DNA of 64,000 bases from Desulfosoma sp. (GCA_037481835.1 JBBFKW010000006.1:96001-160000), one strand, 5' to 3'. Positions 39,076 through 49,170 are shown, counted from the first letter of the stretch. Notes: generated by a model from the sequence alone, not told the origin. Numbers and translations are program-made.

Positions 39076-39756
39076 ATGATCATCCAAACCATCCTTTTCG
39101 ATTTCGACGGGACGCTGGCCGAATTGCGGATTGACTTTTCCGACATGAAGAGGCGGATTGCCGCCGTCGCGGCGGGATTTTTTGGGCGCGTGCCCGAGCC
39201 GTCGTCCCTTCCGGCTTTGGAATGGATCGACGCTCTGGCTCGTGAACTGAGCGGCACCGCGGACGGACGGGCTCGGGCGTTCCGATCCGAAGCCATGGCG
39301 AGCGTCCAAGCGCTGGAAATGGAGGCCGCCTCAAAGGGTAGCTTGTTTCCCTTCACGCGCCGGGTTCTGGAGGAACTGCGCGGACGGGGTGTGAAAATCG
39401 CCGTTGTCACGCGAAACTGCGAAGAAGCGGTCCGCGCGGTCTTTCCTGACATGGACGGATACGGTTTCAAGCTTTTTTCGCGAGACCAGGTGGCTCGGGT
39501 GAAACCCGACCCGGAACACCTCCGCACGGCCCTGCACGCTTTGAACGCCGGTTGCCGGGAAAGCCTCATGGTCGGGGATCATCCCTTGGACATCGAAACG
39601 GGAAAGCGCCTTGGAGTGAGAACGGCGGGTGTGGCCAGCGGCCGTGTTCCCTTGGAGGAACTGAAAGCCCACCGGCCCGATTGGACCGCCCAAGACTGCG
39701 CGGCGCTCCTGCGCCTCCTCGATGCGCAAAACCTCCTTCCCCCACGAAGGCTTTGA
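39076..39756 (+). CDS. HAD-family hydrolase
   Basis: FDFDGTL, VTRN, KPDP, MVGDHPLD. Confidence 0.9.
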   Translation: MIIQTILFDFDGTLAELRIDFSDMKRRIAAVAAGFFGRVPEPSSLPALEWIDALARELSGTADGRARAFRSEAMASVQALEMEAASKGSLFPFTRRVLEELRGRGVKIAVVTRNCEEAVRAVFPDMDGYGFKLFSRDQVARVKPDPEHLRTALHALNAGCRESLMVGDHPLDIETGKRLGVRTAGVASGRVPLEELKAHRPDWTAQDCAALLRLLDAQNLLPPRRL

Positions 39757-39761
39757 CCGCG

Positions 39762-40622
39762 ATGCTTCAGCAGAAAGAAACGCTTTACATCCCCAAGATG
39801 TTCGTCGTCTTGAAAGGCTGGGCCGACGCCGGGGGCATGGCTCAGGCTGTTTTCGCGAGGATTCGGGAAAGACTCCCCTGCCGGCGTATCGCCCGGATGG
39901 ATATGGACGTCTCCGTCCACGGGGCGGAGCATCGCCCGCAGGTCGTGGTGCACCACGGGGTGCTCAAGGATTTCCGGTGGCCGGCCCTGGAATTTTACCT
40001 CCCGGAAGACCCGGCCCACCAAGACGTGGTCTTCGCCGTGGGCTGGGAACCGGCTTCCCATTGGCGGTCCTTTCTTTCGGACTTCGTGTCTCTCCTGGAA
40101 TCGTGGCGTTGCCGGCACCTCCTCCTCCTGGGAAGCCTCTACGACCAGATTTTTTACGACGAAATCCGCATCTCAGGGGTGGCCGTCGATGCCGCGGGCT
40201 ACAATCTGCTGCGCCGCTGGGGATGCCAGTTCGCCGAATACGCAGGACCGGGAGCCATCCATTCGGCGATCCTCAACGAAGTGCGCGGAAAACCCCTCAC
40301 GGCCGTGAACCTCTGGGCCCATGTGCCCTTCTACCTCAAGGACGCCCATGAACTCCTGGTCCATCGCGTCATGGAAATCGTCGGGGATTTCGCGGGCCTG
40401 TCCTGGAACCTGGACGATCTCCTGGCGGAATGGAAAGAACGGGAACGGGAAATCGAACAGATCCTTTCCCAGGACCCGTCGCTCAGGGAACAAATCCGAG
40501 CCCTCAAAAAGGAAGGAGCCCCCCCGGCGCCGAAGGACTCCAAACCCGCCCGCGGAGAAGTCATCGACCTCAGAAGGTTTCAGAAGAAAGCCAAAAATGA
40601 GGAGGCGGACGATCCGGCCTGA
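39762..40622 (+). CDS. PAC2-family (proteasome assembly chaperone-like) protein
   Basis: GWADAG, RPQV, GWEP..W, YAGPGAI, LWAHVPFY. Confidence 0.75.
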   Translation: MLQQKETLYIPKMFVVLKGWADAGGMAQAVFARIRERLPCRRIARMDMDVSVHGAEHRPQVVVHHGVLKDFRWPALEFYLPEDPAHQDVVFAVGWEPASHWRSFLSDFVSLLESWRCRHLLLLGSLYDQIFYDEIRISGVAVDAAGYNLLRRWGCQFAEYAGPGAIHSAILNEVRGKPLTAVNLWAHVPFYLKDAHELLVHRVMEIVGDFAGLSWNLDDLLAEWKEREREIEQILSQDPSLREQIRALKKEGAPPAPKDSKPARGEVIDLRRFQKKAKNEEADDPA

Positions 40623-40818
40623 TCCCGCCGCCGAAAAGTGTTGATAATCCCGTGGGCTTGGGGGGCGAAGGGAATCCCAAGAACAAAAAATGGAATAGGC
40701 CCCCCGAAGAGGATCGCCCCATGGGCCGACCTTTCATGGGCGATGGGTCCGGAGGCCGCCGGGGCTGCGCGTCCGTAAGCCGGCAGTTCCGGAATCCGCT
40801 GGTTCCGGGGGCCAAGGG

Positions 40819-41634
40819 TTATGGGGCGAAGGACCAGCCGGCCAGGCGATACAGCGCGTGGAAATGGTGGACCGGCCCGTGGCCCCGCCCCAACGGCAAG
40901 GCTTCCCGGATGGCCCCGGTGATGTATTCCTTGGCCCGGGCGACGGCCTCGGGCACATCCAGGCCCTTGGCCAAACCGGCGGCGATGGCGGAGGCGAACG
41001 TGCACCCGGTGCCGTGGGTGTGGGGGGTGTGGAATCGTTCCGTGGGGAAACGCACGACGCGCTCCCCGTCGTCCATAAGATCCATGGGGTCCCCTTCCAG
41101 GTGCCCTCCTTTGAGGACGACGTACCCAGGGCCAAAGCTCTTAATCTTTCGAGCGGCTTTTTCCATGTCCTCGGGGTTTTTCACGGGAAAGCCCACGAGA
41201 ACTTCCGCTTCATGCAAATTGGGGGTCACCACCAAAGCCAAAGGCAGGAGTTCTTCCACCAGGGCGGATACGGCATCCGAGCGCAGCAAGGGATCGCCGC
41301 TCTTGGCCACCATGACGGGATCCACCACCAGGGTCCTCAGGCCCAACTCCCGCACATCTTGAGCCACACGCCGGATGATGGCCGAGGTCGCCAGCATCCC
41401 CGTCTTGACGGCGTCCACCCCGATGTCTTCCACCACGGCGCGGATTTGCGCGGAAACGAATTCCGGGTCCACTTCCAGCACGGCCCGCACCCCCACGGTG
41501 TTCTGCGCGGTCAAAGCCGTCAGCGCGCTCATGCCGAAAACGCCCAAAGCGGAAAAGGTCTTAAGATCGGCTTGAATGCCGGCCCCTCCACCGGAATCGG
41601 AGCCGGCGATGGTCAAGGCCCGAGGGATTTTCAT
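40819..41634 (-). CDS. thiD: Hydroxymethylpyrimidine/HMP-P kinase
   Basis: LTIAGSDSGGGAGIQADLKT, VDPVM, TPNLHEA, THGTGCT. Confidence 0.96.
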   Translation of the reverse strand: MKIPRALTIAGSDSGGGAGIQADLKTFSALGVFGMSALTALTAQNTVGVRAVLEVDPEFVSAQIRAVVEDIGVDAVKTGMLATSAIIRRVAQDVRELGLRTLVVDPVMVAKSGDPLLRSDAVSALVEELLPLALVVTPNLHEAEVLVGFPVKNPEDMEKAARKIKSFGPGYVVLKGGHLEGDPMDLMDDGERVVRFPTERFHTPHTHGTGCTFASAIAAGLAKGLDVPEAVARAKEYITGAIREALPLGRGHGPVHHFHALYRLAGWSFAP

Positions 41635-42668
41635 GGCGCCTCCTTTCGAAAATGATCCCAGGCATGATGGGGCCCTCCGACGGCCCTTCCGTCCGGGCGG
41701 ACGCACCGGATGCCCTCTTCCCGAGGCACGATGCGCCCGATGACCCGGCACGGCGTTGCTCGAGCCTCCTCGAGAGCCTGGGTGATGTCCGGAAACCCGC
41801 CGGGATCGACCGCTGCAAGGAGTTCGTAATCTTCTCCCCCGTACAAGGCCCATTCCAGGGGATCCCGACGGACGGCCCTCGCCACGGCGTCGCAGGCCGG
41901 ATCCACCGGCACGGCGTCGGCGTACAGCACGGCCCCGACGCCGCTCGCCCGGCACAGGTGGCCGAGATCGCCCATGAGCCCGTCACTTAGATCGATCATG
42001 GCGTGGACCCGTCCCGAGGCGGCAAGGAGCCGCCCTTCGGCAAGGCGGGGTTCGGGCGCCCAATGCTTCTGGACGGCGGCCGCCCGGATCGGCTCGTCCA
42101 CCCCTGAAAGATCCCCCTTCAGACATTCCAGGCCCGCTCGGGATGCGCCCAGGGTGCCGGTGACGACGATGAGGTCCCCCGGGCGGGCACCACTTCGCAG
42201 GATCACTTTTTCGGGATCCACGTCCCCGAGGAGCGTCACATCGATGACGAGGCGTTCCGGATGCCGGGCCGTGTTGCCGCCCACCAACGCAGCCCCGAAA
42301 CGCTCCAAAGTGTCGCCGAAGCCCTGGTAGATTTCTTCCACCAGAGAGATCGGCGTGCTTTCGGGAACCATGAGCGACACCAAGGCCCACAAGGGGGTTC
42401 CGCCCATGGCCGCCATATCGCTCAGGTTTACCGCGGCGGCGCGCCGCCCCAGAAGATTCCCCGGAACGGCAGGCAGGCTGAAGTGGACGCCCTCAATCTG
42501 GCAGTCGCAGGTGGCCAGAAGAAGGCGGCCGGCTGAAGTGCGAAGGACGGCCACGTCGTCGCCCATCCCGACGACAACCGAAGGCGCACTGTGGGGAAAA
42601 AGACTCCTGATGCGGTCGATGAGGCCGAATTCGCCGAGTTCTTGGACGGTCGGGGACACGGGATTCAT
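41631..42668 (-). CDS. thiL: Thiamine-monophosphate kinase
   Basis: GEFGLI, GDDVAV, EGVHF, NLSDMAAMGG, MIDLSDGL, GGEDYELL. Confidence 0.95.
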   Translation of the reverse strand: MNPVSPTVQELGEFGLIDRIRSLFPHSAPSVVVGMGDDVAVLRTSAGRLLLATCDCQIEGVHFSLPAVPGNLLGRRAAAVNLSDMAAMGGTPLWALVSLMVPESTPISLVEEIYQGFGDTLERFGAALVGGNTARHPERLVIDVTLLGDVDPEKVILRSGARPGDLIVVTGTLGASRAGLECLKGDLSGVDEPIRAAAVQKHWAPEPRLAEGRLLAASGRVHAMIDLSDGLMGDLGHLCRASGVGAVLYADAVPVDPACDAVARAVRRDPLEWALYGGEDYELLAAVDPGGFPDITQALEEARATPCRVIGRIVPREEGIRCVRPDGRAVGGPHHAWDHFRKEAP

Positions 42669-42697
42669 GGCGGGTCCATGGGGTCTTTCGCAGGGGA

Positions 42698-43366
42698 TCA
42701 TGGGCGGTTCGAAAGGGGGGTGAGGCGTGCCTCATTGATCAGGCGCCGCAGAGTTCGGGCGGCATCTTCGGGGTCGTCCCGCCCCAAGACGGCCGAGACG
42801 ACGCACACGCCCTTAACGCCCGTGCGGATGACATCGGCGATATTGTCGGCGTTGATGCCGCCGATGGCCACGGCGGGGCACGTGACGCCTTCCATGAGCC
42901 TTTTGAGCCCTTCCACGCCCATGGGGGGCTGATGGTCGGGCTTGGTCGGCGTCGCGAAAACCGGCGCCAACGAAATGTAATCGGCCCCGCCACGCTCGGC
43001 TTCCTCGATTTCCCTTCGGTTATGGACCGTAACGCCGATGAGGCGATTCGGGCCGAGAAGGCGCCGGGCCACATGCAGGGGCATGTCGTCCTGACCCAGA
43101 TGCACCCCGTCGGCGTCCACGGCCAGAGCCACATCGATCCGGTCGTTGACGATGAAGACGGCGCCGTAACGCCGGCACAGGGCCGCCAACGCGGCGGCTT
43201 CTTCCACCATGCGCCGTGTGGACTTCTTTTTTTCCCGGTACTGAACGACGCCGGCACCTCCCCGCAGCGCCGCTTCCACCACTTCGGGTAAGGGTCGATC
43301 CCCGATGACGGCGGCGTCGGTGATCACGTAAAGAGACCAGTCCCCATGAATCGGCCGACGTTCCAT
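42698..43366 (-). CDS. thiE: Thiamine-phosphate synthase
   Basis: LYVITD, VQYREK, IVNDRIDVA, GVHLGQDD, TPTK, AIGGI. Confidence 0.95.
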   Translation of the reverse strand: MERRPIHGDWSLYVITDAAVIGDRPLPEVVEAALRGGAGVVQYREKKKSTRRMVEEAAALAALCRRYGAVFIVNDRIDVALAVDADGVHLGQDDMPLHVARRLLGPNRLIGVTVHNRREIEEAERGGADYISLAPVFATPTKPDHQPPMGVEGLKRLMEGVTCPAVAIGGINADNIADVIRTGVKGVCVVSAVLGRDDPEDAARTLRRLINEARLTPLSNRP

Positions 43367-43374
43367 GAACGGCT

Positions 43375-43415
43375 CCCCCCTCACCCTGCCCTCCCCCCCG
43401 CAAAGGAGGAGGGGG
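43375..43415 (+). repeat. Degenerate BoxC/PIT-like element upstream of thiE
   Basis: CCCCCCTCACCCTGCCCTCCCCCCCGCAAAGGAGGAGGGGG. Confidence 0.65.
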
Positions 43416-43514
43416 CGTCCCGGGAGCCCCCCATAGACGAGAAAGCGTCCCGATTTCCCATCTTCATCCCTAGGGCCGGCAACGGCGGAAAGGCGACTCC
43501 CACCGGGTCCGGGA

Positions 43515-44684
43515 TCATGCGATTTTTCGGGCGTAATCCTGGTCGATGCGAAGCCCTTCGATGTCCGTCGTCTTTTCGCCGCGGGCCGCCTTGATGCGGT
43601 CTACGCCCCGTTTGACTTCCGCCCGGTTGGACGCATACCCCAGGGCCGTCTCTTCGGTAATGAGGCCCTTTTCGTACAACGACACGATGGAATCGTCAAA
43701 CGTTGTCCAGCCGAAGGGGCGCGACTGCTGCATCATTTCGTAAAAGGTCTTGCCTTCGCTTTCCCCGTGGATGATGGATTCGCGCACCCGCAGGTTGTTC
43801 CCCATGATTTCGAAGGCCGCCACGCGCCCTCCGCCCACCTTGGGAAGGAGCCTTTGGCTCACCGTCCAGCGCATGGCGTCGGCCAACCGGATGCGGATCA
43901 GCCGTTCTTCTTCCAACTCGAACATGCCCACGATCCGGTTCACCGTATGGGACGCATCGATGGTGTGCAAAGTGGTCAGGACCAAGTGCCCCGTTTCGGC
44001 GGCGCTCAACCCGATTTCCACCGTTTCCCGGTCGCGCATTTCGCCCACGAGGATCACTTTGGGCGCCTGGCGCAACGCCGCCCGCAATCCGTTGGCGAAG
44101 GTGTCGAAGTCCTGGCCCAGCTCCCTCTGGTTGAAGGTGGCCTTGAGCTGCGGATGGACGAATTCCACGGGGTCTTCCAGCGTGACCACGTGCACCGATT
44201 TGGACCGGTTGATTTCGTTGAGCATGGCCGCAAGGCTGGTCGTCTTACCGCTTCCCGTGGCGCCCGTGACGAAAACGATGCCGTTGCGTTCTTCGGCGAT
44301 CCGCTTGAACACCTCCGGCAGTCCCAGCTCCTCGATGCTCAGAACCCGCGTGGGCAGCACGCGCATGACCACCGAATAGCAGCCGCGCTGGGAAAAGACG
44401 TTCACGCGGAACCGGGCGCGGGCGTCCAAGGCGTACGAGAGGTCGCAGGAGCCCGTATCCAGCAGGTTTCGGATGAGGCGCCGGTCCGGGCCGATGAGCC
44501 CCAAGGCGATGTGTTCCGTATGGTACGGGCTGAGGACGCCCAGGCCCAGGTCGGCGCACGCCGGCCTCAGGACCCCGTCCACCTCTGCCTGGACCGGTTT
44601 TCCCACCGTGAAGTTGATGTCCGACAGCGTGGGGTGTTCGTCCAGGAGCCGATGCAGGATTCTGTTCAAGTCTTGGCGCTTCAT
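43515..44684 (-). CDS. PilT/PilU-family ATPase (second paralogue)
   Basis: TGATGSGKTT, TLEDPVE, ALRQAPKVILVGEMRD, AAETGHLV. Confidence 0.92.
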   Translation of the reverse strand: MKRQDLNRILHRLLDEHPTLSDINFTVGKPVQAEVDGVLRPACADLGLGVLSPYHTEHIALGLIGPDRRLIRNLLDTGSCDLSYALDARARFRVNVFSQRGCYSVVMRVLPTRVLSIEELGLPEVFKRIAEERNGIVFVTGATGSGKTTSLAAMLNEINRSKSVHVVTLEDPVEFVHPQLKATFNQRELGQDFDTFANGLRAALRQAPKVILVGEMRDRETVEIGLSAAETGHLVLTTLHTIDASHTVNRIVGMFELEEERLIRIRLADAMRWTVSQRLLPKVGGGRVAAFEIMGNNLRVRESIIHGESEGKTFYEMMQQSRPFGWTTFDDSIVSLYEKGLITEETALGYASNRAEVKRGVDRIKAARGEKTTDIEGLRIDQDYARKIA

Positions 44685-44736
44685 GAGGGGATGCTCCCTT
44701 GTTTTCCGCGTTCCTGCCCGTTGGGTGGCGCTTGCG

Positions 44737-45819
44737 TCACACTTCCGTGAAATCGGTCGGCGGTTCGGTGAGGAACTGCTTGAATTTTTCTTTCTCCACG
44801 CACTTCATGTAGGCTTCGTTGGGACTGATGCGCCCGGCCCGCAGGTGCTCCATGATCCCATCGTCCAGGGTTTGCATACCGTATTTCTTTCCAGTCTGGA
44901 TGGCCGACGGGATCTGGTGGGTCTTGCCTTCGCGGATGAGGGCTCGCACGGCGTGGGTGGCGATGAGGATTTCCAGCACGGCGATCCGGCCCTTGACGTC
45001 CACGCGCTTGAACAGGGCCTGGGACACCACGGCCCGCAGGCCGTCGGCCAGGGTGGATCGGATCTGGGCCTGTTCCCCAGTGGGAAAGACTTCGATGATG
45101 CGGTCCACGGTCTTGGCGGCGCTGGTGGTGTGCAGGGTGGAAAAAACCAGGTGCCCTGTGGCGGCCGCTTCGATGGCGAGGCGCATGGTTTCCAGGTCGC
45201 GCATTTCGCCCACCAGGATGATGTCCGGGTCTTCGCGCAGCGCCGCGCGAAGGGCGCTTGAGAAGGTGCGGGTGTGAGTCCCCACTTCCCGGTGGTTGAT
45301 GACGCAGTTCTTGCTCTTGTGGACGAACTCGATGGGATCTTCGATGGTGATGATGTGGTCTTTGCGCTTGCGGTTCGCTTCGTCGATGATGGCCGCCAGG
45401 GTCGTGGACTTGCCGCTTCCCGTGGGGCCGGTCACAAGCACCAGGCCTCGGGGCAGGAGGGCCAAGCGGGAAATGACGGGCGGCAGGCCCAGCTGCTGCA
45501 CGGTGAGGATTTCTTCCGGGATTTCGCGAAAGACGGCGCCGATGCCGTTCTTTTGCATGAAATAATTGGCCCGGTAACGACTCAGCCCGGGAATTTCATA
45601 GGAAAAGTCCAAGTCCCCCGTTTCTTCGAAGACCTTGATCTTCTCTTCCGGGGTGATTTCATAGAGCATGGTGCGCAGTTCGTCGTCGTCCAAAACCTTG
45701 TACTTGACCCGTTCCAGTTCGCCGCGGATGCGCAGCACGGGCTGCTGGCCGGAAACCAGGTGAAGGTCGGACGCCTTCTGTTCGTGCATGAGCCTGAAAA
45801 ACGCATCGATTCTCGCCAT
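44737..45819 (-). CDS. pilT: Type IV pilus retraction ATPase
   Basis: ASDLHL, TGPTGSGKST, ALREDPDIILVGEMRD, AVRALIRE (AIRNLIRE-like), GMQTLD. Confidence 0.95.
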   Translation of the reverse strand: MARIDAFFRLMHEQKASDLHLVSGQQPVLRIRGELERVKYKVLDDDELRTMLYEITPEEKIKVFEETGDLDFSYEIPGLSRYRANYFMQKNGIGAVFREIPEEILTVQQLGLPPVISRLALLPRGLVLVTGPTGSGKSTTLAAIIDEANRKRKDHIITIEDPIEFVHKSKNCVINHREVGTHTRTFSSALRAALREDPDIILVGEMRDLETMRLAIEAAATGHLVFSTLHTTSAAKTVDRIIEVFPTGEQAQIRSTLADGLRAVVSQALFKRVDVKGRIAVLEILIATHAVRALIREGKTHQIPSAIQTGKKYGMQTLDDGIMEHLRAGRISPNEAYMKCVEKEKFKQFLTEPPTDFTEV

Positions 45820-45840
45820 GGAAACCCTCCGGGTCGCCCG

Positions 45841-46485
45841 TCAGACGCTGTAAAAAACCTCGTCGGGAAGACACACGCACGTGAGCTTATTGCCGTAGAC
45901 GGCTCCCGTGTCGATCCCGATTTTTCGCCTGTCCACGAAGGGTTTCAAAAACGGCGTATGGCCGAAGACAACCTTCTTGCCGAAGTCATAATCGGAGGCG
46001 ATGAATTCGTCTCGAATCCAGTAGACGTCTTCGTCCACCTGGTCGGCGACGGGGACGCCCGGGCGAAACCCTGCGTGGACAAACAAGTAATCGTCCGTTT
46101 CGTAGAACTTCTTGAGTCCACGCAGGAAATTTTTGTGGGTGTCGGGGACGACGCACCGGCCGTCTTCATGGCCCACCGAGTAGCTGTGCACCGTGCTGGC
46201 CCCGCCGTTGATGAGGAAAAACGCCACGTCTTGGTCTTTCAGATAGTTTTCCATCATGACTTCGTGGTTGCCTCGAAGGCACACCACGTCGAGGCCCCGG
46301 GTGATGAGCTGGAGGATGCGGTGGATGACGCCGCGGGAATCGGGACCTCGGTCCACGTAATCCCCCAAGAAGACGAGCCGGTCCCGATCTTCACGAAACG
46401 GAATTCGGTCCAGGAGCCGTTCCAGCTTGGACAGCATCCCGTGGATGTCTCCGACAGCGTAGACTTTGCACCCGTTGTCGCTCAT
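45841..46485 (-). CDS. Metallophosphoesterase (PPP Ser/Thr phosphatase family)
   Basis: GDIHG, GDYVDRG, RGNHE, HAG, GHTP, IDTG. Confidence 0.93.
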   Translation of the reverse strand: MSDNGCKVYAVGDIHGMLSKLERLLDRIPFREDRDRLVFLGDYVDRGPDSRGVIHRILQLITRGLDVVCLRGNHEVMMENYLKDQDVAFFLINGGASTVHSYSVGHEDGRCVVPDTHKNFLRGLKKFYETDDYLFVHAGFRPGVPVADQVDEDVYWIRDEFIASDYDFGKKVVFGHTPFLKPFVDRRKIGIDTGAVYGNKLTCVCLPDEVFYSV

Positions 46486-46495
46486 GGGATCAGAG

Positions 46496-47422
46496 TCACC
46501 ACACGATGAAGCGGCGGGTTCTTCGGTCCAGGCGGCTCAGCCCCGCCCGTCGGGCGGCGGCCACGGCGTTTTCGTATTCCTCGGTCGTGATCCGACGGCG
46601 CAACGCCGGCACTTCCATGGCCCTCCCGCACGGCCGATACTGGTTCATGATGTTGATATACGTGTCGGGAGAGACGTGGCGGGCGATGAAGGCGCACACT
46701 TCCTCGGTCCCCGCGAGGTTTTCCGGCATGACCAGATGGCGCACGAGGAGCCCCCGAAGGGCGATCCCCGAAGGGTCCAGGGTGAGGTCCCCGACCTGGC
46801 GGTGCATTTCCAGGAGTGCTTCCCGGGCCCGCCGGGGGCAATCCGGGGCCCCGCACAGCATGTCGGCCACTTGAGGGTCCCAGAACTTGAAGTCGGGCAT
46901 GTAGATGTCCACGATCCCCTCCAGCAGCCTCAGGGTCGGCACCCTCTCGTAGCCGCCGCAGTTGTAGACCAGAGGGACCTCGAGGCCGTGTTCCACGGCC
47001 AGGGGCAGAGCTTCAAGGATCTGGGGAACGACGTGGGTCGGGGTCACGAAGTTGATATTGTGGCAGCCTCGGTTTTGCAGCTCCACCATGACCCCGGCAA
47101 GCTGCTCGGGCGATGCGGGCACGCCGTGGCCTTCGTGGCTGATATCGTAATTTTGACAGAAAAGGCACAGCAGGTTGCAGTGGGTGAAAAAGATGGTCCC
47201 CGAACCGTTTCGCCCCACAAGGGGGTCTTCTTCGCCGAAATGGGGGCCGTAGCTGGAAACAACGGCGTAGCGGCCCGTGCGGCACACGCCCTTTTCGTCG
47301 GCAAGGCGGTTCACACGGCACAGGCGCGGACAGAGGGAGCATTTCTTGAGCTGGCGCAAGGCGGTTTCGATCTTGCGCCGCAATCGCCCGCTGCGATAAG
47401 CTTCCACATACGCCGCGGCCAT
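46496..47422 (-). CDS. Radical SAM protein (PflX-like)
   Basis: CSLCPRLC, PHFGEE, CNLLCLFCQN, YMPDFK, VRHLVMP. Confidence 0.9.
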   Translation of the reverse strand: MAAAYVEAYRSGRLRRKIETALRQLKKCSLCPRLCRVNRLADEKGVCRTGRYAVVSSYGPHFGEEDPLVGRNGSGTIFFTHCNLLCLFCQNYDISHEGHGVPASPEQLAGVMVELQNRGCHNINFVTPTHVVPQILEALPLAVEHGLEVPLVYNCGGYERVPTLRLLEGIVDIYMPDFKFWDPQVADMLCGAPDCPRRAREALLEMHRQVGDLTLDPSGIALRGLLVRHLVMPENLAGTEEVCAFIARHVSPDTYINIMNQYRPCGRAMEVPALRRRITTEEYENAVAAARRAGLSRLDRRTRRFIVW

Positions 47423-47437
47423 GGGGCGCCCCCTTCT

Positions 47438-48067
47438 TCATTCCTTGTTGAGGATGACAACTCGGACGACGCCTTCCAATGCCTTTTGAAAACGCCGAGC
47501 GTCGTCCGCGCTTCCCACGATGGCTCCATAGTGCATGGGAATGGCCACCTTGGGGGCGATGGCCTTGGCCGCTTCCACGGCTTCCGCGGCATCCATGACA
47601 TAGGTGCCGGAGACGGGCAAGAAGGCCACATCCACCTGGAGGTCCTTCATCTCCGGGATGAAGTCCGTATCGCCGGCATGGTAATAGGTCACCCCGTCCA
47701 GGGTGACCACGAAGGCGAGCATGCCGGCACCCTTGGGGTGAAACTTCTTGTTCACGTTGTAGGCGGGAACCACCTGGACCACGACCCCGTCGATTTCCAC
47801 GCGGTCGCCGGGTTTGACCACCCTCACGTCGCCCGAAAGTTTTTTGGCCGAAGCCGAATCGGTGACGATGACCGTTCCGGCCTTTTGGATTTTGGCCACG
47901 TCAGTTGGCGAACAGTGATCGAAATGTTCATGGCTGATGAAGATGACATCCGCCGGAGGGCCGCCTGAAATCTCGTAAGGGTCGAAATAGATGATTTTCG
48001 TGCCGTCCACGCGAAAGGCGTCGTGGCCGAGCCAGTGGATCTTTTCCAAGGCTTGATCCAGATTCAT
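47438..48067 (-). CDS. MBL-fold metallo-hydrolase
   Basis: WLGHDAF, SHEHFDH, YHAGDT, IPMHYG. Confidence 0.9.
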   Translation of the reverse strand: MNLDQALEKIHWLGHDAFRVDGTKIIYFDPYEISGGPPADVIFISHEHFDHCSPTDVAKIQKAGTVIVTDSASAKKLSGDVRVVKPGDRVEIDGVVVQVVPAYNVNKKFHPKGAGMLAFVVTLDGVTYYHAGDTDFIPEMKDLQVDVAFLPVSGTYVMDAAEAVEAAKAIAPKVAIPMHYGAIVGSADDARRFQKALEGVVRVVILNKE

Positions 48068-48285
48068 GGAACCCTCCTCTCCCCCGTGTGCTCCAGCATC
48101 TGCTCCCAGGCGTATAGACCGGGCGCGTCCTCTGACCTACCCGACACGTAACCGGCTCCTTCGACCCATGTCAATGCCGAGATGCGGGCCGCTTGCCTCC
48201 ACGAGCCCTTTCGAGTAGCATGAAGGCAAATTTCGGGCGGATCGATCCCCCGAAAACGACGGAAACGACCAAGGGCCCTAAAATC

Positions 48286-49170
48286 ATGACGATCAGTGTC
48301 AGCCTCGTTCGAAAATTGGACCGGATGCCGCCGGACCTCAGAGACATCCTGTTGGCCGTTATCGAGGAAATGGCCCAATACCGCCAGGCCGCGGTGTCCA
48401 AGGAAGAATTCGGCGAATTGAAGGGTATCGTGGCCGATCTGGCCTCGGCCGTCCGGGATTTGGCCGAGGCCCAGAAGCGCACGGAACAGCGCGTCAACGA
48501 ACTCGCCGAAGCTCAAAAACGCACTGAGGAAAGGCTTAATGAGCTCGCCGAGGCCCAGAAACGCACTGAAGAGCGCCTCAATGAACTGGCCGAGGCTCAA
48601 AAACGCACCGAGGAAAGGCTTAATGAGCTCGCCGAGGCCCAGAAGCGTACCGAACAGCGCGTCAACGAACTCGCCGAAGCTCAAAAACGCACTGAAGAGC
48701 GCCTCAACGAGCTGGCCGAGGCTCAAAAGCGCACCGAGGCGGAAGTGGAATCTCTCGCCCGAGCCGTCAAGGGCACCCGGGAACAGGTGGGCGGTCTGTC
48801 CCGAAGTATGGCCTACGCCCTTGAAAACGAAGCCTATCGCAAATTACCGGCCTACCTCAGCAAGGTGCATGGCATTCGAATCGTGGAAAGCATGATCCGA
48901 ACGGAGCTGGCCGACGAGGAAGTGAACTTCTGGGCGAAAGCCGTCAAGGACGGCAAGGACGTGCGGCTTGTGGGCGAGTCCGTGCTCCGGCTGGACGACC
49001 CGTCAAAGCTCAAGGCCTTGCACCGGAAAGTTCAGAAAATCAGCCACCTTCTTGGAGCGGACCTCGTCCCCATTCTGGTCACCCATTACGCCAAGCCCAA
49101 AGTGCTGCAGCAGGCGACCGAAAGCGGGATTCTCGTCGTGCAAAGCTACGAGTGGGACCAGAACCTTTAA
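48286..49170 (+). CDS. Coiled-coil heptad-repeat protein with a degenerate PD-(D/E)XK-like C-terminal domain
   Basis: 7 x LAEAQKRTE 14-aa repeats; C-terminal LENEAY..EEVNFWAKA..VRLVGESV. Confidence 0.75.
   Translation: MTISVSLVRKLDRMPPDLRDILLAVIEEMAQYRQAAVSKEEFGELKGIVADLASAVRDLAEAQKRTEQRVNELAEAQKRTEERLNELAEAQKRTEERLNELAEAQKRTEERLNELAEAQKRTEQRVNELAEAQKRTEERLNELAEAQKRTEAEVESLARAVKGTREQVGGLSRSMAYALENEAYRKLPAYLSKVHGIRIVESMIRTELADEEVNFWAKAVKDGKDVRLVGESVLRLDDPSKLKALHRKVQKISHLLGADLVPILVTHYAKPKVLQQATESGILVVQSYEWDQNL
48460..48738 (+). repeat. 42-bp coding tandem repeat (7 units, last partial)
   Basis: (C/T)TNGCCGARGCYCARAARCGYACNGAR.. in 42-bp register. Confidence 0.92.

Noticed and set aside
40623..40818. 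GC-rich stems between PAC2 and thiD (ATCGCCCCATGGG..CATGGGCGAT) as an ncRNA
   Set aside because: No recognisable RNA family; more likely terminator-like structure between convergent genes
43367..43514. TPP riboswitch before thiE
   Set aside because: No CTGAGA core on the minus strand; the region holds a repeat element instead
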